Below are positions 30,822-43,300 of a DNA stretch of 64,000 nt, one piece after another. How positions within the stretch are numbered: position 1 is the first letter of the stretch; each line of letters starts with the position of its first letter. Both the position numbers and the translations under genes were made by a program. The notes beneath the pieces were generated by a model, which was not told the origin of the DNA, searched no databases, and saw only the letters and a program-made list of their open reading frames with translations. Where the stretch lies: NCBI GenBank assembly GCA_964019335.1, contig OZ025696.1, forward strand, positions 124,001 to 188,000, given 5' to 3'. Source of the stretch: Diplonema japonicum. Its lineage: Eukaryota > Protista > Euglenozoa: Diplonemea.

Positions 30822-32582
30822 AGAAAATATGCGAGTGACTAAATTGACGAAAGGTCTCAAGAGGAAAATGTTTTAAAAAAATAGATCCAGGGGGAAAAGA
30901 AAACACAGGTGGCCTATATCCATAAGAAAAATAGGGGAGTGGGAAAAAAAGAACAAGTAATAAATCTCACTATGAAGGGGAGGCTTGCACCATAACAGCG
31001 GCTTCTAGTCACGGGACCAAGCCGAGGGGGGCAAGGAAAAAGCACAATAAAAAAAAGAGAAAAAAAAATCCTTTAAAAAGGAGATCCTGTAAGGCCCCAA
31101 GAAAAAAAAAAAAAAAGAAATTACCCAGTTAAAAACGTAGTTGATTTACCAACGGTTGCCCAGTGGAGGGGGGCTGCAACTACTACAAACGATATGGGTG
31201 GCATTGTTCTTTTTTCATGGTTTTTACAGTTCGAAAATAGAAGAAAACATAATAACTAGGCGCAAATAGAGGGAGGGAAGGGGGGGGGGGAGACTAGTGG
31301 CGCTTCATTAGTTCGTGCGCACGAACTGGCAAAACAAATCAAAAAAAAAAAAAAAAAAAACACAAATTCTTTTCTTTTTCTTTTTTTTTTATTCTTCGTT
31401 TCTTGTCTGTGCGGGCAAGGGAGAAACGAAGCATGGCGGAAAAAAGGGAAACATAAAAAAAAAAAAAAAAAAAAAAATGTTCACTATTTTGGGAGGGGGA
31501 GTAGTGCTGGGAATTAACACTTTGTTTCCACCTTTCTATTTTCTTTTTTTTCGATCTCTGACTCTTTCTTTAAAAAGAAAGAGATTTTTCACAATTAAGT
31601 TGGGGGGGGGGGGGGGGGGGGAGGCAGCTGAAATGATTTTAAGCAAAATTCGACGACCCCACCCTTTATATATTTTCTTTTCCCTTTTTTGCGTTACTTT
31701 GAGCAAGCTTTAGATCTAAGAAAGCAGCAGTGTCCAAGGAAATTGTTCACAGACCTTTTTTTTTTTAAAACAAGAACTCACAGAACCTTAATAATAAAAA
31801 AAGAAAATACGGTTACAAAAGTCTTCTTCCAAGTTAAGAGATTATTTGTAAACACACATAACACTTCCTCAACTATTTCTTTCTTTTTTTCTTCTTTCTT
31901 TTTTGATAACTACAATAACAAGTGTTTGCTGTTCATCAAAAAAGAAATAAAGAAAGAAATCTAAAGAAAAAAAAAGGGGGGGATGTGGACTTCTAAAAAA
32001 AGAAAAAGTGGTTTTATTTTTACTATCCATTAGGTTGAGGGGGTGATGTACTACAAGATGTGCTTTCTTTTTTTTTTTTTTTTTTTAGTTTTCTTTTTCC
32101 CACTTCTCCCACATAACACAAGGTATGAGGGGAGGAAAGCTGGATTCTCACTTTCTTGTTAGAAATGTAATAGCATTCAACTACTGTGCTTGTTTTTTTT
32201 TTTTTTTTTTCTTTTTTTTTTTTTTGTGCACATTAACGGGGGGGGGAAAGAGTCGGTTGTTTATTTGGTTGATGTACAGCCGGGTTTAACCTGTAGAAGG
32301 ATAAGCCCAACAATGCCACTACTGCACTTAAGCAGTTAAAAAAAAAAAAAAAGGATTTGTCTAGGTAGATAACAAATTACAGCCTTCATGCCAACAGCAA
32401 GAATGAAACAGGACTTTAAAAAAAACCTCCACATAATTCTTTTTCCTCGGATGAATAACCCATGCCATTCTGAGAATATATTTGTGCTAAAGGAGGTCGC
32501 TAAGGGGGGGTAAATATTAAGTATTTCCCCCTACTACTTAAATTCTTTGTTCAAGCAAATAAAAAAAAAAAAAAAAAGAAAG

Positions 32583-32694
32583 AGATGAGATAAAGGAGGT
32601 TCCTGTCTTGGAACGTCCCCCTTGTCTCTACTTATCTACCCCTTTCTCCCTTCTGGGGCCTCGGCCTTTCTTTCTTTGTTGGCTGTGTTGCCTT
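32583..32694 (-). mobile_element. Family A retroposon-like insertion, 5'-truncated (112 bp)
   Basis: Nearly identical to 34032-34143; TSD aaagaaag at 32575-32582 and 32695-32702. Confidence 0.75.
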
Positions 32695-33961
32695 AAAGAA
32701 AGTTCTTTTGTTTTTCGTTTTGTTTTAAATCCTGTTTCATTCTCTTTTTCTTTTATATAATCTGGCATTTTTCTTTTCTTCTTTTTTCTAAAAAAAAAAA
32801 AAAATCTTTGGCACGGGCTTTGCAAAGAAAAAAAAAAATTAAAAAAGCAACCACAAAGGATAAATAAAGAACAGTTTTACGTACGCAACGAGTGCAGAAT
32901 TTTCTACCCAAAAAAAAAAAAAAAAAAAAAAGAGAGATTATATGAGCTCGTCCGGAAAAAGATGTCAACAAACGTCCCAAACAAGCTCACATGGAACCCC
33001 CTAAATTCTTTTTTTCCCCTGCAGGTGGTGGAACTTTGGAGTTGGGCGTCAGTTCACCGGAAAAGGAGGGGGGGGGGGGGGGGGGGGGGGGGGCTACGTT
33101 GTCGGCGTACGGCCGTACGTACGCGTATTTCGAACGTACGCCGTGCGCACTTTTTCTTAGATTTGCTGCGGACGCGTACGCATTTTTTTGCGTACGGCAT
33201 TCATTTTGGAAAGTCTTCTAGAAAGCCCAAAGCAATATTCACTGGGCATGTCTTGAGGCTTTTGGGTCAGGCCTGCGGTGTTGGGAGCTCGGGGTAAGGG
33301 GCACCATTCAAGGTGGAAGCCCATTGGGATTTGACAAAGCTGATCCTCTTGTCAGAGATATAATTCAGGTCAAACGTAGTCTCACCTGCACGCAGCTTGT
33401 GAGACTACTGGCGTGCGGCAGAACTTAGGTTGTTGGAAGACCTGCATCAGGCGCCTGATCCTGATGATGAAGAGTGCGTCTGATGGAGACGAATCGGGTG
33501 TAAAAGTGTTTGCATGAAGCCTGCCGCCCACCCTCTCTTTCCATCCATTTTTGTGCCACTCCCATTTACCCCCGACAACGTAGCAGGGGGGGGGGGAAGG
33601 GGGTATAATAGATAAAGGAGGCCAGTGTTGGTGTCCTTAATGCGCGCTTTAGAAAAAAAAAAATTTAAAATAGAGGGAGGGGGAAAGGGCACATAGGATA
33701 CGTTTAATGGGGTAGGGGGGGGAGAGGATACGGAAAAGAGATTAGAAGACGGGAAGGGAGTGGGGGAGAAAGACTTTTAAAGAAAAGACGGGCTTTCAGT
33801 TAGGCATTCCTTTTATTTTTTATATCTTCCTCCATTTTCTTATTTCATCCGCTCCCCCCCGCAGGCTGAAAATGAAAGTAAAACCCTGAGGAGAGGAAAA
33901 TAATAATAACTAATAAATAATTGCAATTTCTTCTTTTATATTACCGCACAAATTATGAGTC

Positions 33962-33994
<33 letters not shown>

Positions 33995-34030
33995 GTGCCT
34001 CATTTTGGCGGTAAAGTAAGTCAAAAAAAA

Positions 34031-34462
34031 GAGATGAGATAAAGGAGGTTCCTGTTTTGGAACGTCCCCCTTGTCTCTACTTATCTACCCCTTTCTCCCT
34101 TCTGGGGCCTCGGCCTTTCTTTCTTTTTTGGCTGTGTTGCCTTTCTCAAAGTATCCTCCCTTTCTTCTTGCCACTTTCTGCCCAGTTTCTTAAGGTCCTT
34201 CTTGGTTTTCTCTGATGCAAAAACTGGCCTTCTGTTCCATCCCAGACTCTTCTTCGCACCTATGGTTCTAAGCGCGTGGTTCTTCTGGCTCTCCGCTGGG
34301 AAGATCCGCTTGCCTCTGACCTTCTTCTGTATGCGTGCTGTGTCCCACCCTTCTTGGATTCTTTCCAGGAGGCCGTGGAAACTCCGCGCTTTCTTCTGTA
34401 TCATGTCTAGATCACCCTTCTTCCCCGTGATCGGCTCGACGCCCAGCGTGTTCTCGAAGTCT
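34031..34462 (-). mobile_element. Family A retroposon-like insertion, 5'-truncated (432 bp), with ORF C-terminus and 3' UTR
   Basis: TSD agtcaaaaaaaa at 34019-34030 and 34463-34474; basic ORF end stops at 34081; 3' UTR stem-loop. Confidence 0.75.
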
Positions 34463-34999
34463 AGTCAAAAAAAAAAAAGAAATGACGAAAAAAAAAAGAA
34501 TTTTTAAAAAAAAAAAAAAGGAAAGGGTGCTGTGGTAGTACCAATAATAATAAAAAGACCACACCCCCCTAATAACAAACAAAGACAATGGATACGCTTT
34601 TAATTCTTTCTAAAAAAAAATCTTTCTTTTTTTTTTTTAAATTATTACTTCACTCTACTAAATCGCTCCCGACTCAGAGCCATAAATAAAAAACTGCCAC
34701 AAAAAAGCCCTTCATTGGAGAAGCAAGTATTCAGAGTGTCGTGAAAAAAAAAAAAAAAAAAAAAAAACTACGAAACGAAACTCTTTTTTTTTTTTTTTTT
34801 TTTTTACCGTTCCTCTATGTAACGGTAACCACTACTTTTTGTTTCCTTTTTTTTTTTTTTTTTTTTTTTTTGCGTTTAAAGTTCTATTTTTTTTTCTTTT
34901 TTCGTAAAAGTTTCTTTACCTCTATGTTGATGGGAGGGGGGGGGGGAGGGGGGTTTTTTTTTTCTTCATTCCTTTTCCTTCTTTTTTTTTTTCCCCTCC

Positions 35000-37129
35000 C
35001 TACAACTCAGCATAATACGTCTGCTGAGTCGAAGTTGTTGCCGAACAAGGCGTCGACACCGTGGGAGCAACGAGAATAAATGAACTATTTTGATGCACCA
35101 AGTTGGCCAGAGAAGTCTGCTTAAATGACATATTCGGCATAGACAAGGTATGAACAGTTCGAGTCGGCGAACTCTGGACAACCTCCACTTCCTCCTCACC
35201 CCCGGTGTCATTCTCAGTAGCCCCGACGATCGGGCTACTGTTTTTATCGGTCATTTCATCAGGCTCTACAAGCTCAGTATGCAGCAAAGGGTGGGAAAAC
35301 GAACTAAAATCACAACCGTCAATAACCTCAGCATCGAAGTCCATTATCTCCATCGTCTTTCTACTACCACATGTAAAGGTCAGGGTGTAAGCAACCGAAT
35401 CATAAACCGCTTTTATGAGTAAAATATAAGTTGACGATACGAAAAGATACGCGGCACCCTGAAACACACCATTGCTAGGGGAAAGGATCCCGATGGACAT
35501 AAGGAGAACAGCTATTAAAATACAAAAAGAAATCATTGCGGAGGCGATGTTGTCGATGCGCGACGCGAACGGGGTGTAAATCGCAACGATGAGAAAGTAA
35601 AGCAGCATGACTGCAACCAACGTGAAATTCCGCGCGTGGCATGTTGCTGATTCGTCCGGTTTCATTGCCGTGGCAATTCCAATAAACAGCATGTGGTACG
35701 CGTCAAAAACGCACCAAGCCTGCATCCCATCTCTATTTGAATCAAACATGACACCATACAGTCTGACAAAGTCGGGACTGTCTTCTGTCGGAAACCATGT
35801 TCTCGTACCGAGCAGCATTCGTTTCAGCGTACCCGTCCACCCCTCCGCGTTGATCAAACTGGAGTCACTATCATTGTGTGCTTTAAAACACCTCGCTCTG
35901 AGAAGTGATAAATAAACCATGATCGGCGCTAATATCAGAAATGCAAGGAAGCCGCCTGCCAGTGCGACCGCGTAGAACGGCATTTTTTCCGGGCGGAGAA
36001 GAAGTTTTGGAGCGGCGAAAGCAAGACCCTGCATGAGAAACATTACAGGAATGTATATCAAACCGGGACAGCGAACCTGCGCCATCGCTTCTTTAAACGT
36101 TGCAAGGCCGCGAATGATTTTAACAATGGCAGCAGCGATGAGTAAGACGGACGCGAAGCCGATGATGATGACGGAGTTGTACAGCATTGCGCCGACCTCG
36201 TAAGAACCACGGTGGGTTCCGATTGCAGCACCGATGGGATGCAGCTCCCATGGTAACGGATCGCCTTGATCGCCTCCTTCTATGTAAGAGTTGCAGTCAA
36301 GCTGCATCAACAACGCCATTTTCCCCAACGCGGGAGTTGCTCCTGACGCGCCTGATAGCAAACCGGAGACCATTAACCCAACTCCGACGGTGGATGATAC
36401 ATCACGCTGATTTTGAACAACATCCACCGGCAACAAAGGCGGAGGGGGCGGCGGAACAATGGTTGCCGTCACCGTAGGCTGCTCTTCAGCAAGAACCACT
36501 GTTTCCGAAGGAAGGGCTTGCTGCAAGGTTACCGTCGTGCTCCTTTGTGGTACAATGGTCAACGATGCTGTCGCTGTCGCTGTGGGTACCGTGTTTGTAT
36601 CGGAGATTACATTGCTTTGAGTTTCTGTGGTTGTAACTGTGTTTGACTTCAAGGTCTGTGTTCGCGTTGCAAGAGATTCTGTTGGGGTTGCAATGGTCGT
36701 CGATGGAGTCGGCGACAATGTTATTGTTATGGTTTCTGTTGCCGTTGCTGGTATGTAGTCCCAGCAGTTCCCGCCTGTGACTGGGTTCACACGGGCTACA
36801 GGGTGCGTAGCAGGTGTGGATGGTGTCTGATGTCCGAAGAACTTTGTCACGTCGATGTTTAGTTCTGTGTCGGGGTCCACGAACAGGTCGCACTGCCCTT
36901 CGTAGAACAGCGACTGGCAGCCTTTCCCCGACGAGCCCACCAGCCGGATTGTCGTGTTCAAACAGTATTCCTTGCATGCCTCTATCGGCATCGAGGCCCG
37001 TGATTCGTACGAACGGAAGACCATGCCTGTCGACCCCAAGCAAGCCCCAGTTCCTCGAAACCGCCATTTCACATTTGCCGCTTCCGCCACTGCGGCCATC
37101 AACGCCAGTGTTGTCAGTAAAGACCTCAT
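35000..37129 (-). CDS. Surface membrane protein: signal peptide, Cys-rich domain, Thr-rich mucin stalk, ~7 TM helices
   Basis: MRSLLTTLALMAAVAEA; Cys cluster; TATETITITL... stalk; hydrophobic helices. Architecture typical of bodonid/diplonemid membrane protein families. Confidence 0.8.
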   Translation of the reverse strand: MRSLLTTLALMAAVAEAANVKWRFRGTGACLGSTGMVFRSYESRASMPIEACKEYCLNTTIRLVGSSGKGCQSLFYEGQCDLFVDPDTELNIDVTKFFGHQTPSTPATHPVARVNPVTGGNCWDYIPATATETITITLSPTPSTTIATPTESLATRTQTLKSNTVTTTETQSNVISDTNTVPTATATASLTIVPQRSTTVTLQQALPSETVVLAEEQPTVTATIVPPPPPPLLPVDVVQNQRDVSSTVGVGLMVSGLLSGASGATPALGKMALLMQLDCNSYIEGGDQGDPLPWELHPIGAAIGTHRGSYEVGAMLYNSVIIIGFASVLLIAAAIVKIIRGLATFKEAMAQVRCPGLIYIPVMFLMQGLAFAAPKLLLRPEKMPFYAVALAGGFLAFLILAPIMVYLSLLRARCFKAHNDSDSSLINAEGWTGTLKRMLLGTRTWFPTEDSPDFVRLYGVMFDSNRDGMQAWCVFDAYHMLFIGIATAMKPDESATCHARNFTLVAVMLLYFLIVAIYTPFASRIDNIASAMISFCILIAVLLMSIGILSPSNGVFQGAAYLFVSSTYILLIKAVYDSVAYTLTFTCGSRKTMEIMDFDAEVIDGCDFSSFSHPLLHTELVEPDEMTDKNSSPIVGATENDTGGEEEVEVVQSSPTRTVHTLSMPNMSFKQTSLANLVHQNSSFILVAPTVSTPCSATTSTQQTYYAEL

Positions 37130-37343
37130 CTTGCATGCATGTATGTTCTCGTGGGGGGGTTTTTTTTGTGTTTCCCTGTTTTTTGTCAAAAAAAAAGATT
37201 CTGTGTGGTAAAGAAAAAAGAAAACTTTATAAAGGAGGGAAAGGGGGAGGGGGTTATGTAAATAAACCCTCAAAAAAAAAATCTTTTTTCTTATTTTTCT
37301 TCTATTCACATTGAAAACGTTCTTTTTTTTTTTCTCTTTTAAT

Positions 37344-40300
37344 TTACGGTTTGCTCCCTGCCGTGCCCGACAGCGCCCCCAGAAACTTTAACCTGTTCAT
37401 CAACGGTGTAGCAACGAGGGCGCCCCCTCGGAGCAGATCCCAATTTCTCCTGTGACGTTCTCTCGTCTCTTGGATGAAGCGCGACCGTGGGAGGGGCCCG
37501 TACAACGGAGAGAGGTACGTCAGTACCTTCCGCTCTAAATCCCCGGGGGAGAACGAAAGAAGGAGGTCGCAAGCAGCATCATTCTCCAGCAACGACATCA
37601 AAGCCCGCTCTCTAACCTCATAGGTCCGTGCTTGAAAGGCCTCAATGTTATAGTTCGAGAAAACAGCGGCAACGACCGAAGGAGAAACCTTGATCTTCTG
37701 ACGAAGAATATCAATGGCATCGCTGACAATCAACCACTGCGACCAAGATTCGTCATTTCCGCTTTCTGAAAGACGTTTCTTAGCGAGTCGCAAGTACTGT
37801 ATCAAGAGACGGCCGCTTGGAGTGTCTCGCATGACGCTGATCATCTCTTCTGCAACGATTTTTAATTGTACTTCGGACAGGATTCTCAAGTCGTTGAGGA
37901 GCTTCTCGTATTCTCCTTCACCGCAAAGCCCTGCTTCTCGGAGAAAGCCGAGCCTCCAGAGGCCTGGGGCGTATTCTACAGACTGTGCGTTTTCATGCCC
38001 GCCGCCCAACCGGCGGTTTAACCAATTCTCAGCTCGATCGACTCCTAGAGATGTCGGTACCTCGTTTACCTTGTGGTCCCGAACTGAGCCGTCCATGAAG
38101 TATATCTCGTAGATGAGCATTACCAACCGCCGTCTGTTGCTGTAGCCTGTTACGACGTCGCGCAGGTCGAACATTGATATTCTGGACGCGAGGTCATGGA
38201 ACATCCTAAGAGGGGCGTCGACGGACAGCTCCGAAATTATTGCCGACAGAAATCTTTTGAAGTACGTGTCGGTCTTTGCTTTGACAGAGCGGACCATTGA
38301 CAGTAAGTCGGGTTGGCCGGACAACGCGTCTTCAAACAACACCATGACATCCTCCGCATCATCGCCGAATAACAAATGCGTTTCCAGTGTTGGAAGGCTC
38401 GCCAGAATCTTTGTGAAATTCTCCCGTGCTTCAGGTGTGTCGAACAACATCTGTACATCCTCGCCCTCTAAGGTACCCGTTGTGGATGTTATGTTGGCGT
38501 TTTCAAAGGCGATTGTTAGCGTGCGGTCCCCTCCGCAGGTCTGTATCTTGATTAACAGCTTCAACAGCATGTCGCGGATGTCACCGTCCTCCATGCCCAC
38601 GTCGCGGGCGGCGTTTCGTAGATCGCTTAGCCCCTCAGCGGTTTCGATGTTCGCTGCAATAAGACCGATCACCTCCGATGCTGTATATTTCTCTTTGCAA
38701 TCTTTAATCTGCGAGAATACAACTTGTGTCGTTCCCACCACGTGAACAAGACTGTCGATGAACTCCGCGTCCCAGTCTTGTACGACCTGCGCGAGAATGG
38801 GAACGGATGTGAGGTCGCTGATGCTTTCCTTCACCTTACCGAACACAAGAACGGGGTATGATCTGCTGCTTAACGCGAGGAGGTTTTCAAGAAGCTCGTG
38901 GAGCTGCTCTGATGACAGAATGTTCAAATGATCGGCGAGTGAAGCGTTCTCCAGCATTCTGAAGATCTCCTTCTTGCTCAGCTTCGAAATCCGCATGACC
39001 TTGTTGTCCTCGTCCACCATACGGAACTCCCTGATCTTCGACACTAGTTTCTCCGACAGAATGTAAGGGATCGTGGAACGAACGTCGAAGGATAGAATCT
39101 CATCTGCAGCGCGGTCGACCAACCGAGACGAATAAGAGTTGCTCAGCGTCGCTTGTACAGTTGACAAAAAGAACCGAAGATCCGACTCACGCAATGTTGA
39201 AAAGATTATATCGGCATCTTCATTGTACACAATACAGTTCTTGAGCTTTCTGACAAGCAAGCCTCTTGACAAACGGTTTATAATGATTTGGTCCAGCCCG
39301 GCAATGCACAACACAAGCCTTTCACGCAGCTCGGCGTCGCCTGATGGGTGGAACACCAGTTTGTCAACATAACCTTTAAGCTGTAAATCAAATTTCTGAT
39401 GTGTTAACTTGAACGTGCGTGATGTCGGCGTGCCCAGGATCAATCTTTGCATGTACTTTTGAATTTGTAGTGGTGATTTGTCGATCAATCGTTTGGACAC
39501 TGCCGGCGGGAAATCCCTCGTAAGCTGCGCTTTGCTGAAAAGCGCGCCTTTCGAACCCCGAGATGAAGCTGCCAGAACAGGAAGCTTCTTCCATATCTTC
39601 ACTCTTGTCTCGATGTTCTCTAGAAATTCGTCGACATCAATCTCTGCGATGAGCTCTGCAACGTCTTCGAGCAGCATGACAAGGTAGTGGTTACGTGTCA
39701 TGAGACGTTCGGACACTGGGTAGTTGAACAGCGCGTCCGCTGCGTTGCGAATATTTTTCCGCATGGCTGCCGGGAGCGATCGGAACATGAGCTTCACGTC
39801 CTGGTCCTTGATGACGTTCACCAAGCTTACTGGGTCGAGTTTGATGCTTCCTTCTGTTTTCGTGATGCACCGCATTTCAGAGATGAACAGCTCGGCTTTT
39901 AGAAGCGCCTCTGAAGGTGCCAACGATTGCGCTACTAAATGCTTGCGCTTCAGCCGGACGATCTGGTTAGGGGGGATGCTTGTGTAGTGTTCCTCCATGG
40001 TGAAATATGACACCAACTGCTCGACGATCAAACCCTTGCAGACCTCCAAGAGCTCCCTCGTGGTCAGATCCTTCACGAGATCGAAGAACTCCGGCACCGC
40101 ACGCGAGGCTTCTAAAATGCTCCACCGGTTGACGGTACGGTTCTCCACTGTGTCTAGCTTGATGATGGCGTCGAGAAGCTTGGTTCGAGTATCGGGGTGC
40201 TGGACGGAACTGACAATAGCAGTGCTTATCGTTATCCTTCTGGGCTGATTCACATTGCTGTTGACTTGCGTGGCTTCTTTCTCCACTGCCTGTACATGGA

Positions 40301-43300
40301 TTTTCTTTGTGTTATCATCTTTTGCTTGGCTTCCTGTTTCCATGATTTTTCTCACGGTGTCCATCACAGCCTTGCCGTGGTTTGAACTTGGATTCTTAAT
40401 GGCGGCTGCGATTTTGTCCAGCTCGAGGTCCTCCAGTTCGAGTCCGTGCTTGCCCCCTATGTCGCGGAGTTTTTCTTTTTCCGTCTTCTTGGGTCGCTTT
40501 GCGTTTTCCGCGTCGCCTCCGCAGTGGGAAGCCCCCGACGCGTCCTTTCCCGAACCTTGAATAATCTTCCCCCACATTGTTGTTTCTTCTAGAATGTGCG
40601 TTTCCGTTTCTTCGATGAGCTTGTCGCGGTTTGCCTTGTTGTCCGCCACGGCGCCCTGCCCAGCCCACCACACGGAAACGGACGACAGATTGTTGATAGC
40701 GATGTTGAGCTTCTTCTGCATGAATTCAAGGCGGGTGAAGTCCAACCAACGTGTTAACGCAGCGGCGAGGGCGGTGGTCAAGGCGACCCATGCCTGCATG
40801 TATCCCAGGCCGTACGATGCGAGGGCTGCAAAAATAGTACCGCCGGCGTTTGATATGTTGATGAGAATTGTTAACACGGTGATGGAATGCCCTTCGACAC
40901 GAGACCTCCGTTCAAGGTCTGAGATGACGGTATCCAAACGAACACGTTTGTACTTATCAGGACCGAGCTCTGAGAAGCCGTCGTCTCCAGTTCGCCGGAT
41001 GGACCTTGGCGGCAAGGGTCCTGTGTATTGGACCAGCGTGACGTTCGCTACCTCGCTGAGGGAGAGCATGTCGGTCAATGTTTGAATCCTCTGCTGTAGA
41101 AGTTCCTCCCTCGAAGCGTACATGTTGGTTCCGCTCTTCTTCGACTGCTGCGACTTGCTCACCATGTTCTCGCTGGCGTACTCAAGCGTTCGCGTGCGGT
41201 ACTTGTAAATCTCCGAAAGCAGCTGTTGCGACGCACAGTGCAGCCTCACCCACTTCGGACCCGCGTGGTCTTTGTTCGCCACCGCTTGGACAAACGTGAT
41301 TACAATAGGGAACAGCACCACGGACCATCTGAGAATCATCCATATGAAATGTCTTAACGATGCGGCCGGGTTGATATCGGGTTGTTCCCCGCTCCATAGA
41401 AGCAATAGAAAGGTAGCTGTGACAGAGACTGCTGTCGTCAGGATCGTCATCAGCATGATCATCGAGTTGAAAAAGTAGTAGCGGGATTTTTGTATGGCGG
41501 CGTTGACGGACCACTGCGAGAAGAGGTACCACGCTTTCTCGAGCGTCTCGTTGCCTTTCAGACAGTTTTCGAGCTTTCGGACGAATTCGTTCGTCTTCGT
41601 GCCTTTCTTGATGACCTCGATGTTGCCATTGATGATGATCTCCGCGGTCATAGAGTCGATCCCGGATAGGAACAATCGGTACTCGTCAAGACCAGCGTCG
41701 CCGAGGTGGCTTTCCTTTCCTGTTTTCGACTTCGCTCTCTCGCGTTCTTGTACAATACACCTCACGCGTAAGATGGTCGAGCACAGGACATCGGCGAAAC
41801 CCCCGGATCCTTCGATGGCGACAATCGGCCACCGTTTTTGAACATACTGCGCAATTTGATATTTTAAGAGGTTCGACCCTCCTAGCAGAACACAAACAAC
41901 GGGGATAGCATGTCTTCTCGGCGGTGTTGCTTTGCAAAACCTGTTCGAATCCGTCTCGGGTGAGAACCCCCTTGATATAGAAGCCACCAACGATGTGCAA
42001 TAACGTGCTGTCTCGAAGCTCGACGGTTTGCGTGTAACCTGCTGTGCGAGGAAGGCCACGTACTGAAGGGTTTGAGGGTCGTGTATCAACTTTCTCAATT
42101 GTTTCATACGATTCATTTTGACTTCGCGTGGAACGTGTTGGAAGTCGTAGCGGCCGCATACGCATTGCGCGACTTCTAACGGGCCGAGGCGGGTGCCGCA
42201 TTCACATGTTCGGAAACAGTTCGCTCGTGCTTCAAGTGAGAGAGATGAGAGGAAATCATCTTCGTCAGCTTCATCTGCTTCAAAACGCTGCCGCCTGACA
42301 GACGAGTCTGACATGTTTGTCACGGTACGGATGTCGTCGTCATCGCCCTCATCGTCTTCGTCTTCGTCTTGAAGAAGATCCATGTTGCAGTGTTTGTTTC
42401 CTTTTTGACGTCCTTTTGGAACGATTCTGCAGTGTCTGGGGCGGATGCCGTCGGAGTCGAGAACGACTGCTTTGTACGCCTCGTCGACATGACGGCAGCG
42501 AAAACCAACGCACGACGACTTCTCGAAGAGCAAACCCTTTTTGTTGTTCAGATCCTTGCTCAGCCTCGCTGTGGTGGACAACGCTTCTCGAAACGTATCG
42601 GTTCGGCTGAACCCGTCACGAACGAGCTCCTGCAACGGTGTCACAATATGTTTGAACTGCGTCGGTGTCTCGTCGTCGGGGATTGTCGACCTCTCCACCA
42701 CCAGGTGGTGCGTGTAAAACCGGTTCAAATTCATGTCCGCTTCGTTGTTCCAAGACGACACGCCTAGCAGAAGCGTTTTTGACGTTCGGATTTCAGATGA
42801 ATGCCCGCAGCCAGCAACTCCTTTGTCCTGTCGTGAGTGAACACCCGATGCAAGGTGTATGGCGAGCCTTCCACTTCCAGGGGATACGATGCACGATTCA
42901 GTACGTCGTGCGGAGTCAACGATGCCTCGCGAGATGTACTGCTCGAACAGCCGGATTATTTCCTTGTCGTCCAACACTATTTCCTGTTCGGACTCTGGTT
43001 CACCGTTGGAGTCGGACGGGCTTGACGGGCGGTGTTCCGCATTGTCTAAAGCGGCTTTTTTAACCTTTTCCTGTTGGATACGGTTGATGACGGCTTTGGA
43101 TTTTCGTGAAACGGACGTGTCGACCAAATGCGCTAGAGAGGTGGAACGCAGTTCGGTGGGCGGTTGTACAATGGGTGCCTCGCAGGGCGCTGATTTTTCG
43201 GTTGCGAGATCTCCTACAACATTGATGACACCTCTTGGTACCTTGTCGTACCTTTTTGTGAGGACGCGTTGCATGATCTTGCCGTTGTCGTCTACTGGGG

